DNA of 63,055 nt, counting the filler, from Saprolegnia diclina VS20 (Eukaryota), in assembly GCF_000281045.1 (NCBI RefSeq). It is 8 parts of 3 records of this genome, joined end to end, with 100 filler letters (N's around TTAATTAATTAA, not from the genome) between each part and the next. Parts side by side here need not be neighbours in the genome. Positions count along the whole stretch, not along the records: positions 39,981 to 57,768 come from NW_008246093.1; positions 57,869 to 59,444 come from NW_008246093.1; positions 59,545 to 61,104 come from NW_008246093.1; positions 61,205 to 63,055 come from NW_008246094.1; 4 more parts are not named here. One strand, 5' to 3'. Position 1 is the first letter of the stretch, and every line of letters begins with the position of its first letter. Shown piece by piece: positions 47,770-63,055 of the stretch. The translations under genes and the position numbers were made by a program. The notes under the pieces were generated by a model that was given only the letters and a program-made list of their open reading frames with translations, did not search any database and was not told the DNA's origin.

Positions 47770-48249
47770 ATGAGCAACGAGCTGAGCGCAGCGATCCTGC
47801 GGCGGATCCTCGACGACGTCAAGGGCAGCGGGGGCACCTTTGGCCCCGAGCATGGCACGATGCTCATGGCCATCTACCACAACGAGCCCGACATGACCTT
47901 GTTCCAAGCCGCCGTCGAGCTCGTCGAGAAGAGCCGCGTCACGCGCATCACCGCGACGCCGAGTGGCCGCACCTTGGTGCGCGTCTCGGCGCCGTCGCAC
48001 CATGGCGCGCACGCCATGCATATCTGCTTTGCGCACTACTGCTCGTGCGACGCCTTTCACGAGGCGACGGTGCACGGCCGCTTGACCATGGTACGCTTCC
48101 GAGGATCTCACTCTCGCCTCATGTCGACCCGGTAGTGCAAGCACATGCTCGCCGCGCTCTTGGCCGACGCAGTCGCCAAGATGCAGCAGGTGACAGTCGC
48201 CGACAGCGAGTTTGCCAACTTGCTCTGCTCGGACGACGCGACCATGTAA
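47770..48249 (+). CDS. ZSWIM7: SWIM zinc-finger protein 7 / SWS1 homolog (Shu complex); intron 48091-48135
   Basis: AVELVEKSRVTRITATPSGR...HYCSCDAF...CKHMLA after splicing gives the CxC-xn-CxH SWIM motif in a ~145 aa protein, as in ZSWIM7. Confidence 0.82.
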
Positions 48250-48836
48250 CACAAGAAGGCTCTATTTATCGCTCCACCACGAGCTTGCTATCCATCGCCA
48301 AGCCCTTGTAGACCACGTCGCCACTGCGCATGGCCATAGCCCTACATGCACATGACGCCGTCGGCAGCACGATCTGTCCCTTGAGTGATGTACCTACATC
48401 AGGCACAAGGCAAGTGCTATGAGCGACCTTCTGTAGAGCTACCGCGACGAGGCGTAGCCGTAGCGACGTCAGGATGACGTCTCTTGCTTCCTGCATGGCT
48501 TCATGCCCGCCTTTGGATCTTGGTGCATTTTCGCCGTATACGCTGGCGCCGGGCCCCATGCTAAGAGGTTAGCACCATCGAGAATGTTCGTTTATATATC
48601 CGGTAGAATAATATTGTCTTTGACATGTCAGACAAGTTGTGCACTCGTGTACGCGCCCATGTCGCGCTTAGGTTTTTGCGCGGCAACGGCCACTGCATGC
48701 GTACGATTGGCTAAAATGGGCCTCAAAATATCGCAATGCCACTTGTTAGCCACTTGGATTGGGTAAAACGTTGATATTCTAGCCAATGAGCGGCGTGTAT
48801 GCCCTCCATACGAACCGCGCGATTGTGGTTGGCTGA

Positions 48837-53226
<4,390 letters not shown>

Positions 53227-53413
53227 ATGTGGTCGTTCAATAGACCAACGATGTACGGTTGCGATGGCCGGTCATTATCTCGTCCTCAAGCTCACATTGG
53301 TGACGGTTCATGAACAACTCGACTCGCAACGCAGAGATAACATCCGACGTACTCACTCGAAGCTCGAGTTAATACCGTAGAAGGGTTAAATACGTTTGTC
53401 CAGCTATCGAGTC

Positions 53414-54541
53414 CTATTGCGGCGTCATGTACGTGTCGCCGTAGAGCATCGTGAGGTACGCATGCGTGTTGGCCGGACACCACGTGCTGCGGTCGTCAAA
53501 CTTGCAGCGAACAAGGGGGAAGACCCAGTCGCGCGGTACGACAAAGTGGTTGGGCGCCGGGCAGTGCTTGCAGGCCCACCAGCACACCGAGGCGACGGGC
53601 GCCAGCACATCGATCGCCACAGTCGTGGTGGTTGTCACCTCGAGGTGCGTCGAGGTGTTGACGTTTGTCGACTCGACGTTGACGACCGCGTCCTTGGTGC
53701 GCAGCGTCGCGTGGGTGCCGCCGTCCACATGCAGACTCGTCGTTGTGTTGACTTGGGTATGGTTGATGGACGGGTGAAACTCGAAGAGATCGACGTAGAA
53801 GCCCTTGTGCTTGTCCACGAACCGCCCGGGGAGGTACGCGTACGGGCCCTTTCTGTACAGCGGACTCTTGTTGACAAAGAGCTCGTAACGGGACGGAAAT
53901 GGGATAGGTGTACGCCGCAGCTTGGTAAACGAGTCGTGCGTCAAGCCAAAGTCGGCGTCCAAGTCGAACGGGATCAAGCCACCGTCGCGCACCGACCCAA
54001 GGAGTGAGCCCGAGTCGAGCCAGTACTCGATGCCGTTGGCTTCCAACCCGTCGAGGAGCGTGTACACCATGGTACGGATCATGGCCCTCCGGTCCTCGAC
54101 CGTGTAGCAGTCGGTCTTGTTGACATACTCGACCGAGAGGTGGCCCATCGCGATGACTGCGCAGTCGATCTTGCCAGCAGGATCCTTGGGAAAGATGTTG
54201 CCCCACTTGTCGGTCGGAAACGGCGTTGGTGTCGATGGCAGTGTCGGTGTTGGCGTCGACAGCAGTGTCGGTGTTGGTGCCGGTGTTGGCGTCGGTGATA
54301 CCGGCGGGGTGGTGTTGGTCAATGGTGTCACTGCAGTGGTGGCGGTGGGCGTTGCCGACGACGCGATCGGGTCGAGCTGCAGTCGCGCATGGCGGACCAT
54401 GGGTGGGCGGGCGGGTGGCGCTGGCACCTCGGCCGTCAAAGTCTCCTGGAGCAAGCTCATCGAGAAAAGCGACGTGAGAACGAGGACGAGCAGAAGCACC
54501 GGCGTGCGTACGCTGTCGTCCGCTCGATTGCGCAGATTCAT
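53414..54541 (-). CDS. LicD/fukutin-related nucleotidyltransferase-fold protein (copy 1), type II membrane protein
   Basis: YWLDSGSLLGSVRDGGLIPFDLDADFG, VDLF, FPL..C.F and YL..LYG motifs; N-terminal TM and PT-rich stem. Confidence 0.88.
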   Translation of the reverse strand: MNLRNRADDSVRTPVLLLVLVLTSLFSMSLLQETLTAEVPAPPARPPMVRHARLQLDPIASSATPTATTAVTPLTNTTPPVSPTPTPAPTPTLLSTPTPTLPSTPTPFPTDKWGNIFPKDPAGKIDCAVIAMGHLSVEYVNKTDCYTVEDRRAMIRTMVYTLLDGLEANGIEYWLDSGSLLGSVRDGGLIPFDLDADFGLTHDSFTKLRRTPIPFPSRYELFVNKSPLYRKGPYAYLPGRFVDKHKGFYVDLFEFHPSINHTQVNTTTSLHVDGGTHATLRTKDAVVNVESTNVNTSTHLEVTTTTTVAIDVLAPVASVCWWACKHCPAPNHFVVPRDWVFPLVRCKFDDRSTWCPANTHAYLTMLYGDTYMTPQ

Positions 54542-55605
54542 GTTCAAATGGCACTTGAGAAATGATGGTCGACCGCGCGCACAATCCCAAACAGGTGCTT
54601 CGACAGCACGTTCACCATGATCGAACGACGTGGACATCGGAGCCATGGCATCCATATAGTGCGTGGTCCACAAGGCCATATCAACTAGTCGGCGTATCGT
54701 CATCAATGCCAAGACACCGTTGGTCGCCGTGAATGCTGCCATCCTCGATTCGATACCTCGATAGTCCAATTGTTTGGTTGCGTTTGTAGGCGCGTATGGC
54801 CACCGTCTCGGTCGTTATGGGCGCTTGCGAATTTCGGTCATTCTATATATGGTCGATACATATCCATATAGAGCAGCCTCAGTATCCATGTATTGGAAAA
54901 TATGGTGGTTCTTTTTTGACGCTCTGAAATTGCGACACATCGGTCAGACGATCTTGGATGCAGTGGCGACGGGTTTCTTTGACTTGGTGTTTGTATGTAT
55001 CGACGTCCTCGCAAAGTGTGTAATGGATCACAAAATGTCCGACTTGATTAGCGCTTGCCTCGGACTATGTTGCTGTTCCTTTGGTTGTTCCTTATCAAAT
55101 TGGTCCAACTTTTGTTCCGCAAGTGCAGCTAACCTCAAGGGACGACATTTGCTGGCTTACAACCGATACAGCCGGCAGATCCGCGTCTCCGCCAGTGTCT
55201 CTGCCATTCATTGTGGGAGACCATGCTTGCCAAGCCGTGCTCTCCGCAGCCTCGGGCGCTGCGACTTGCACAGACCTCACTAGAAGCTCAATCTCAAAAC
55301 CATCTACTTCGACAAAAACATCCGATGTTGTTGAGGTTGAGAGGAGGGTTCGACCACTTCTTTCACGGTACCGGGTCTTGCATCGGACTCGTTCTTTAAA
55401 GGGATACGAATATGCCGATAGCAGGCCCAAGCCAAAGGTATCCTGAGTGCGAAGAGCTCATCAAACGACACGTATGTACAATCGATCCAAAGATTTGTTG
55501 GCGTGCATTTGCATGCTGGGGGTCGACCTCGCAAAATGCACCGACAGTCAACCAATTGAACGCTTCTGTGACGGCAAATTACGGTAAAAACGAACTCGAG
55601 CGAGG

Positions 55606-56682
55606 CTACGACGCACTGTGCTTGAGCGTCATAAAGTCGTTGCCGTAGAGAACTTGAAGGTACGCTGTTGTCTGGTGTGGGCACCACGTCATGCGGTCGT
55701 CAAATTTGCAGCGGACAAGCGGAAAGACCCAGTCGCTTGGGACAAGAAAGTGCATTGGCGCCGGGCAGTTCTTGCACGCCCACCAGCAGTTGGAGGCCGC
55801 GGGGCCCAGCATTGGCACCTCGACCGTCGTCGCTTCCTCGAGCTGCGTCATCGACGAGTTGGCGGCTGGCAAAACGACGTGCTCGATCCGCTTTGTCGAC
55901 GGCAAAAACTCAAACAAATCAATGTACAGTCCCTTGGTCGTGTCGGTGAAGCGCCCGGGGAGGTACGGGTACGGGCCGCGCCGATAGAACTGACTGTCGT
56001 TGACAAAGAGCTCGTAGCGCGATGGAAACGTCAGGTTGGTTCGCCGCAGCTGCGCAAACGATGCCTGCGTCAAGCCAAAGTCCGCGTCCAAGTCGTGCGG
56101 GATCAAGCCGCCGTGCCGGACCGACCCGAGGAGCGTGCCCGAATCGAGCCAGTACTCGATCCCGTTGGCGTCAAACGCGTCGATGAGCGTGTAGACCAAC
56201 GCGCGGATCATCTGCCGACGATCGTCCTCCGTGTAGCAGTCGGTCGGGTTGATAAAGTGCTCGACGAGGTGGCCTGTTCGAAGCGCGACGCACTTGATCT
56301 TGCCGGCCGGGTCCACGGGGTACATGTCGCCGGCCTTGTCGGTCGGCAGCCACGGCTTGGGCCCCAGCGTCGCCTGGACCCACGGCGCCGATGAAGCGAG
56401 TGCGGGCTCGGATGACGAGGGTGCGAGCTCGGTCGGTGAGGGCGACGGCGCGATTGACGAGGGCTCCGCCGTTGGCGCAGCCAAGACGACCTTGTCGGGC
56501 AGCTCGTTCGTCGGCTCGTCGGGCAGCTCGTTCGTCGGCTCGTCGGGCAGCTCGTGGCGCAGTGGACCGGCTTCGGTGGTCATGGTCTCCTGGAGGACGC
56601 TCATGGTCATGAGCGAGGCCAGCACGAGGAGGAGAAGCAGCGCCAGCGCGCGCTTCGGGTCCTGCTCGTCGACCAGCTTCAT
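55606..56682 (-). CDS. LicD family protein (copy 2)
   Basis: YWLDSGTLLGSVRHGGLIPHDLDADFG; same architecture as copy 1. Confidence 0.88.
   Translation of the reverse strand: MKLVDEQDPKRALALLLLLVLASLMTMSVLQETMTTEAGPLRHELPDEPTNELPDEPTNELPDKVVLAAPTAEPSSIAPSPSPTELAPSSSEPALASSAPWVQATLGPKPWLPTDKAGDMYPVDPAGKIKCVALRTGHLVEHFINPTDCYTEDDRRQMIRALVYTLIDAFDANGIEYWLDSGTLLGSVRHGGLIPHDLDADFGLTQASFAQLRRTNLTFPSRYELFVNDSQFYRRGPYPYLPGRFTDTTKGLYIDLFEFLPSTKRIEHVVLPAANSSMTQLEEATTVEVPMLGPAASNCWWACKNCPAPMHFLVPSDWVFPLVRCKFDDRMTWCPHQTTAYLQVLYGNDFMTLKHSAS
56494..56555. repeat. 24-nt coding tandem repeat, ~2.5 copies (ELPDEPTN)
   Basis: GTCGGGCAGCTCGTTCGTCGGCTC repeated perfectly. Confidence 0.9.
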
Positions 56683-57203
56683 GCTGAAATGCCATCGGCC
56701 GCTGCGATCCGCAAGGTGCCAGGTCGTCGGCCATGCGTCCCAGATGTGTGGGACTGTGGTATGGATTGCTACGTATGTCAGATCCATAGACTCAAATATG
56801 GTATGGACGTTCTCCACCATATACAAGGCGATGCAGAAACGATATGACGACGCCACATCGTGGATCGCAGCCCTGGCAGCGGCATGGAAATATCTCCAAG
56901 GCATAGCATAGTGCATCGTATCGAGATGCGATGCTACTGAATAATATCGTCGGCCCATTTGCGCACGCGAAAACCGTTCTTGAAGCACCAGTCTCCTGGA
57001 TATGGTCATCCAAAATCCATATAGGGGATTCAAATATCCACATGCCATTTGAATATGGTCCATGGCGTCCATGGGGTCAAAATTTAGGCAGATGGGACAA
57101 GATNNNNNNNNNNNNNNNNNNNNNNNNNNNNNNNNNNNNNNNNNNNNNNNNNNNNNNNNNNNNNNNNNNNNNNNNNNNNNNNNNNNNNNNNNNNNNNNNN
57201 NNN

Positions 57204-57768
57204 TCACAGACGCCGACGACCGGCGGCAGCCCAATCGTCGTCATGAGGTCGCTTGGCGTCGAGCTCACAATGCCGTCCTTCGTCATCACAAACGCGTCCA
57301 GCGCCGTCTCGTTCTTGTTGGCAAACCAGTACACGTTCAGCGCGTCACGCGTCGCGACCATGCGCGTGGCGCCAAACGCACCGCTGTACGCCGCCGTCGA
57401 CCACGCCGGCACGTCTTTGAGGCGTGTGCAGTCGTTGCCGTGGCCGCCAGCGCCCGTCGTAATGTAGACGACACCCTTCTTGGTGTCGATCTTGTTCTTG
57501 ACGATCGGAGCTGTGCGCTCGTACGAGTGGACGTGGCCGGCAGCGACGATATCGACGCCGTACTTGACGTAGACGTCCTCCAACTTGGCCTGGTTGGCGC
57601 AGTGCGGCTGCGACGAGGCTTCAGCATCCGACGTCTTGTCGTACACGCCGGCCCAGCACTTTTCGGGGTCCGAGATCTCATAGCGCATTGCGTCGCACTG
57701 GCACTGGTGGCGATCCCACGAGTTGTAGTACGGGTTGTGCTTGAGTACAAGGACCCACGGCGTCTTCT
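57204..57768 (-). CDS. Purple acid phosphatase-like metallophosphoesterase, internal/C-terminal fragment between gaps
   Basis: TPWVLVLKHNPYY...KYGVDIVAAGHVHSYER...VYITTGAGG (GHxH motif). Confidence 0.85.
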
Positions 57769-57977
57769 NNNNNNNNNNNNNNNNNNNNNNNNNNNNNNNN
57801 NNNNNNNNNNNNTTAATTAATTAANNNNNNNNNNNNNNNNNNNNNNNNNNNNNNNNNNNNNNNNNNNNGATCGAACTGAGAACTTAGTTCATTGATTATT
57901 GACATGATGAAAGACATTTACACCAAGGCGCGAAGGCGTCACGTCACAAGTGCAAACACAAACACGTGGAACGTCGT

Positions 57978-58508
57978 CTACGCGTCCGACAAGGTTCCGT
58001 TGTGCTGGACTGTGGGCTGCGTTCCGGGCTTGGTCGTTGGCTTGGTTGACGGTTTGCGCGTGGGCTTGACCGTGGGTTTGGTCGAGGGCTTGGCCGTCGG
58101 CTTGTTGGTGCAGCCAGCCACCGCCAGCGCAGCGTCCAGACGACCACTGCTTTCCAGCTTCTTTAACGCGTCCAGGCCGCCGATGAACTTGCCGCCGAGC
58201 CAAATGTTGGGCACCGTGTCCTGATGCGTGCGACTCTCGAGGGCGCGGTAGATCTCTTGGCCCGTCGGAGTCGTTGACGAGTCTTGAATGTCACAATAGC
58301 CAAAGTGCGCACCTTTGGACTTGAAGAAGGCCTTGGCTTGGGTGCAGTACGAGCAGCCTGCAAAGCCAAAGAGCGCGCAGCCGTTGTCTTTGGTGAACTT
58401 GGTGATCCAGTCGTCCGGGCTGGTTGCTCGAAGGGCCGAGGCAGAGTTGCATACCACCATCATGCTGGCAATGGCGAGAGAGAGAAGCGTCGAGACGGAC
58501 GGGAGCAT
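57978..58508 (-). CDS. Dithiol glutaredoxin with N-terminal signal-like peptide and KPT-repeat tail
   Basis: CSYC active site, TVPNIWLGGKFIGGLD glutathione-binding motif; hydrophobic MLPSVSTLLSLAIASMMVVCNSASA leader. Confidence 0.85.
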   Translation of the reverse strand: MLPSVSTLLSLAIASMMVVCNSASALRATSPDDWITKFTKDNGCALFGFAGCSYCTQAKAFFKSKGAHFGYCDIQDSSTTPTGQEIYRALESRTHQDTVPNIWLGGKFIGGLDALKKLESSGRLDAALAVAGCTNKPTAKPSTKPTVKPTRKPSTKPTTKPGTQPTVQHNGTLSDA

Positions 58509-59544
58509 CTTGGGGAAGATAGAAAGTTGGTTTGTGAGCGGGCTGCACAAATGCCTCGACTCGCCACCACATGTGGCGCGTGGCCCGACGTTTTCGACTC
58601 TTGAGTAGGTCGTTGTTTCCAGACGCCATGGCTCACAGTGGTATATGTCCGACATTCCCCTTGACGCAATGACGCGGACCAACTTTGTGGCATTCGATGG
58701 AAACACACGGTAATTCTGTTGCCCAAAATCAGTTGAAAGCGATGGTGTGCTCGTTCATGTTGATATTTGCAGTGGTTGAACACTACAAGTTCCCGGCCAT
58801 GAACATCCGGAGACGGTACCGGAAAGCAAAATGGGACACAAGTTGGCGCAACGGTGCCAACACGACGAGCCCCATTCGAGTCTGTAGTTGTCAACGTTTT
58901 TGGAATCCGTAGCGTGCCATCGACATGACACGTCGGTGGTACGCACGAAACTGGCTAGGATTCCTCGCCATCATCACATCTGACTCTGTCATCGCATGAT
59001 CCCACGTTGGACCGTCCGCGAAGAAGGTGGTAATGACGATCGAATGGCTTCGATGCAAGATCGCTCTCCGCATCGAACGTCGCCCGGCCATGTGCGGTGC
59101 ACACGCGTCCTGGACAATGGTCCTGTCTCGGAACATATGGTAGTAAACACTGTTATCGGCTTCAGACATATGTTTTCTTGCTTTGCGCTGAGCCAATGAG
59201 GCCTCAGAGATCCCACAAAATTGCAAATCATGCTCGATAGATCACGGGCGTACACGAAACCAAATCACATCCGATGTATAGCACATGCATGCAGCGCTTT
59301 CGATATCACTACGACTGTCGGTAGTATGGTATACCAGTGTAAGTGGTATGCCGAGCCGGTTTCAGAGTCCACGACGCCATCCATTTGCAGTACGTCAGTA
59401 ACATATGATTGTTCGCTTCACTTGCTACGATCCATCGGCTAGCTNNNNNNNNNNNNNNNNNNNNNNNNNNNNNNNNNNNNNNNNNNNNTTAATTAATTAA
59501 NNNNNNNNNNNNNNNNNNNNNNNNNNNNNNNNNNNNNNNNNNNN

Positions 59545-60453
59545 TGGGGTCTCTACCCACCGTACTGGAAGCAGCTCCACATGGTGCCCGACCTCCAGCT
59601 CGCTTTTCACCGCATCGTGTGGGCCTGCGCCATCCTCGGCACGCATGTCCTTCTCAAGGGCGAGGCACGCGCGTTTCTCTCTGGCATCACGAGCTGGCGA
59701 CTTCTGCTCACGTTTGTCTTCTCGAGCGCTCTCATCTTTGCCAACTGGTACCTCCTCGTGTGGGCCGTCAACGCGGGTTTCATCGTCGAGGCCGCGCTCG
59801 GTCTCTTCATCAACCCGATGTTCAGCGTCGTCTTTGGCGTGCTCGTGTTTCACGAGCGTCTGCGCCTCTGGCAGTGGGTTGCCGTTGGCTTGGCGCTCGC
59901 TGGCGTCCTTGTCTGCGCGATCGGCTACGGCAAGGTCCCGTACATTGCGCTGAGCATGGCCATCACGTTTGCGATCTATGGCGTCATCAAGAAGCAGACG
60001 ACGATGCTGGCGCGCCACGGCATGCTGCTCGAGACGCTGCTCGTGTGTCCGCTTGCGATCGCGTACTTGGTGTACGTCGAGTGCACGGGCACCGGCGCCT
60101 TCTTGCACGGAGCGACAACCACTAGTGTGCTTTTGGTGGGCGGTGGCGTCGTGACGATCGTACCGCTGCTCTTGTTTTCGATGGCGGCGCAACTGATTCC
60201 GTTGAGTCTCCTTGGCATTCTGCAGTACATTGCGCCGACGATGCAGTTTCTCTTTGGGGTGTTAATGTACGACGAGCCGCTCACGACACTCAAGCTGATG
60301 GGTTTTGTGCTTGTCTGGGCGGCGCTCGCCGTGTACTCGGGCGAAGGTCTCTGGCAGCGCGCGTCCAAAGTGCCAGTCGAGGTCGACACGACGCTGGACG
60401 ACGCGTGTGACGACGACGGTATCGCCGAGTACAAGGACGCGGCGCTAGTCTGA
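59545..60453 (+). CDS. RarD-like EamA/DMT transporter (copy 1), 5' end in gap
   Basis: YWKQL...HRIVW, ANWYLLVWAVNAG..EAALGLFINP, ERL, LGILQYIAPT motifs characteristic of RarD. Confidence 0.88.
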   Translation, partial: WGLYPPYWKQLHMVPDLQLAFHRIVWACAILGTHVLLKGEARAFLSGITSWRLLLTFVFSSALIFANWYLLVWAVNAGFIVEAALGLFINPMFSVVFGVLVFHERLRLWQWVAVGLALAGVLVCAIGYGKVPYIALSMAITFAIYGVIKKQTTMLARHGMLLETLLVCPLAIAYLVYVECTGTGAFLHGATTTSVLLVGGGVVTIVPLLLFSMAAQLIPLSLLGILQYIAPTMQFLFGVLMYDEPLTTLKLMGFVLVWAALAVYSGEGLWQRASKVPVEVDTTLDDACDDDGIAEYKDAALV

Positions 60454-60759
60454 TTGACCCGAGCGACGATGGCAGCAGCGGCCACCACGTTTTGCCGTGA
60501 TGTGCGCTACTCTAGCTATTTGATCCTAAGCTATCTGAACACAAGCAACATGCCACGGTGGAACGAGCTTTGAAGCATGCACCTAACTGGGTAGACTCCA
60601 GGGAACCATTTGGGTGACTAGCATTTGCCTACAAGAAGTCAACGAGACTTGGCATGAAGCACTCTTTCACTTCATATGCCCAACCATCCACGATCAATCA
60701 ATCGTCATTTCACACGATGGTATACATGACAATTAGTGTTCATTTCCAATTCGCGCAAG

Positions 60760-61104
60760 TTAGACGCGCTCGTACGCGGCCTCGTCACCCCGCGGCGACT
60801 CGACAGCCGCTGGCTTGGCCACTTGTTGTTGTTGCTGCTTTTGATATACAAAACCCTCGACCGAGTAGACGGCGAGCGCCACCCAGACAAAGATAAACCC
60901 AATGAGCTTCACGAGCGAGAACGCCTCGCTGTACACGGCAACGCCCATGATGAACATGAGGCTCGGCGCAATGTACTGCAGCATGCCGAGGAGGCTGAAC
61001 GGGATCTTCTGCGCTGCCGACGCGTACATCAAGAGTGGAATCACGGTCACGACACCCGCACCAACGGTCAAAACGTTGGCGGTCGTGCTGACGTGCAAGA
61101 AGGC
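60760..61104 (-). CDS. RarD-like transporter (copy 2), C-terminal fragment
   Basis: GVVTVIPLLMYASAAQKIPFSLLGMLQYIAPS...GFIFVWVALAVYS, paralogous to copy 1. Confidence 0.85.
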   Translation of the reverse strand, partial: AFLHVSTTANVLTVGAGVVTVIPLLMYASAAQKIPFSLLGMLQYIAPSLMFIMGVAVYSEAFSLVKLIGFIFVWVALAVYSVEGFVYQKQQQQQVAKPAAVESPRGDEAAYERV

Positions 61105-61204
61105 NNNNNNNNNNNNNNNNNNNNNNNNNNNNNNNNNNNNNNNNNNNNTTAATTAATTAANNNNNNNNNNNNNNNNNNNNNNNNNNNNNNNNNNNNNNNN
61201 NNNN

Positions 61205-61635
61205 ATCAGCGAGAGCGTGTGGTTGCCCTTGTTGGTGAGGACGAGCATGAGCGTGCCGGCGCAGAAGAGGACACCGGCCGAGAAGATGGTCGCGCGGCGG
61301 CCGTACTTGTCGGCAATGTAGCCGCCGAGGTACGCACCAAAGATGCAGCCAATGTAGTAGAGCACGTTGTACAAGGTCGTAAAGGTCGACCAGTTGTCCG
61401 GGAGGTCGGCCGAGGCGGCCGTGCAGTTCGTGTACGAGTTGCCGTTGTAGTCGACGCAAAAGTCATTCAGGAACGAGTCCATGACGAGGACACCGCCGGT
61501 GACGCCTTGGTCATAGCCAAAGAAGATACCGCCGAGGGACGCAAAGACGCAGACGACGATCGCGTACGTGCGGGAGCCTTCGGTCGGTGCGTCGTGGGCA
61601 CCGCCGCTCGGGAGCATCGCAATACCACCAGCCAT
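61205..61635 (-). CDS. MFS sugar porter, N-terminal fragment
   Basis: LGGIFFGYDQGVTGG and ADKYGRR motifs; runs into gap. Confidence 0.9.
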
Positions 61636-63055
61636 GGTTGTGGTCGACGAGGTAAAAGGCAAAGTGAGCAAGAGGCAGCGAGAGCCTTCTCGCTATAATG
61701 AAACGCGTGGTGAGCCGCAAAGGCGCGACATGTAATTAGCAACTGGTGCAGCGTCTGGACCAAGCAAAGGCGTGGGCAGTGGGATGTTGAAGTGGGGCAT
61801 TGAACTTGCAGTGGGTTTGTCCCATGCGAGTGATAGGAATTTAATCGGCGATTGACTATCCAGTACTGAATTACAGTGGAATTACACCGACTATTACACT
61901 GCGTCTGGGAACGCAAGTGCAACTCGGCTGGTTCGTGACCCATCGATTGCGTTCAGAATGCGGTTTTTCTACAGAGCTGCAATGCGTGGTCCTGGCAACC
62001 GAATGGTTGGTCGATGGATTCTGGAGCTTCTTACGCCAGTGCTGCGCTAATGGAGTTATAGAGCCTGGTATTGAAGGATTTACTGTTCTTCTTTTTCTCT
62101 CGATGTGCATGTACATATCCAGTGGTCGGAAGCCACCCGAGTTCGATGGATTCCCCATCAGTAGTAGCCAAATTATTTCCAGCGCAGGATTGTTGATTTG
62201 AAATCGAGTGCCGATCCTCCGCCACCTTGTTTCTGTGTCTGGCCGGCAGATTTCAGAAGGCACATAGGGACGCCGCCCACGGTACCGGTACGTATCCACT
62301 TCGGTGCTTCCTTCTCGTCCTCCTCCTGGCGATGGCTGGCGATGGCACACGAGGGAAGAAAAAAAGAAAAAAAAATAGAAAAAAATAGTCGATCGGCAAC
62401 GCAACTTCAACGTTGAAGCCGGACCTGTGACCCATGGGTGCCGTCGATTGCGTTGGGTGCCTCCACCCAAAGAGACCTGGCGGTAGTTCCTACCACCTCG
62501 TGGTGTCGTGTCGACATTTCTGTCCATAGTGCGTACACCGAATTCGTCGTCCCAAGAGCCTGTGTTGAAGCGTGGCTTCCATCGGTGTTGCGCAAGATGC
62601 TTCTTGCGTGTAGCTTTCGCACGCGCCCACAAAAGATGCACGTGGTACGACCTTGAGAAGAGCGCAAGAAAGGACCTGCTTCCAGATCGGGTGCCAAGTT
62701 GAAGTGCTGCGTTGGATGACCGATTGGATGCCGTAGTACAATTGGGCGCCGACCTCAAACATGCGATGTACCGTAGCTTCCATGTCGAATGCGCGCACTT
62801 GAATTGGTAGTTCTCTGGGCAGGTGCGCTCTCCAGAGGAGGATGTACGCTCGACGCGCTCGCGTCGGCCTCGTCATCGCTTCAAGTGGTTGCTTCCGCAT
62901 GAAAAGTCGCAAAGACATGCGGATGCGACGAAGAGAGCGCTGTGTTGTAAGCTACTCGAACCGTCATCGTCGACGTGTCTTGGCTGCGACTCGCGGCATC
63001 GAAAAGACATCGAGACGCATGCAAATGTTGTTGGCTTATATGCTTACGTTAATCG

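Noticed and set aside
62355..62390. A-rich tract as a retroelement tail
   Set aside because: No adjacent RT or endonuclease remnants or target-site duplication visible.

Overview
Eukaryotic draft-assembly sequence. It is most likely an oomycete of the Saprolegniales; this is inferred from GC3-rich codons, ~40-55 nt GT-AG introns, oomycete-type INR+FPR core promoters and the gene families present. The first 21 kb holds five paralogous ferric-reductase (FRE/FRO-type) genes with a ZIP/ZupT metal transporter among them. Four of the five reductase promoters carry the octamer AAGATACC at a similar distance from the ATG, and the reductase coding sequences look like gene-conversion mosaics. The rest is gene-dense: two anoctamins, a large Cys-rich protein, two TKL kinases, a type-I DnaJ, RPB2, two paralogous multi-pass membrane proteins, a membrane-tethered thaumatin-like protein, ZSWIM7/SWS1, a USP7-like protease, two LicD-family proteins, a purple-acid-phosphatase fragment, a signal-peptide glutaredoxin, two RarD-like transporters and an MFS sugar porter fragment. 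Seven 100-nt gaps contain an artificial TTAATTAATTAA linker, so adjacency across them is uncertain. I found no supportable rRNA, tRNA, CRISPR array or intact transposon. The best candidate for an undescribed system is a co-regulated reductive metal-uptake cluster (FRE x5 + ZIP) with its own cis-element.
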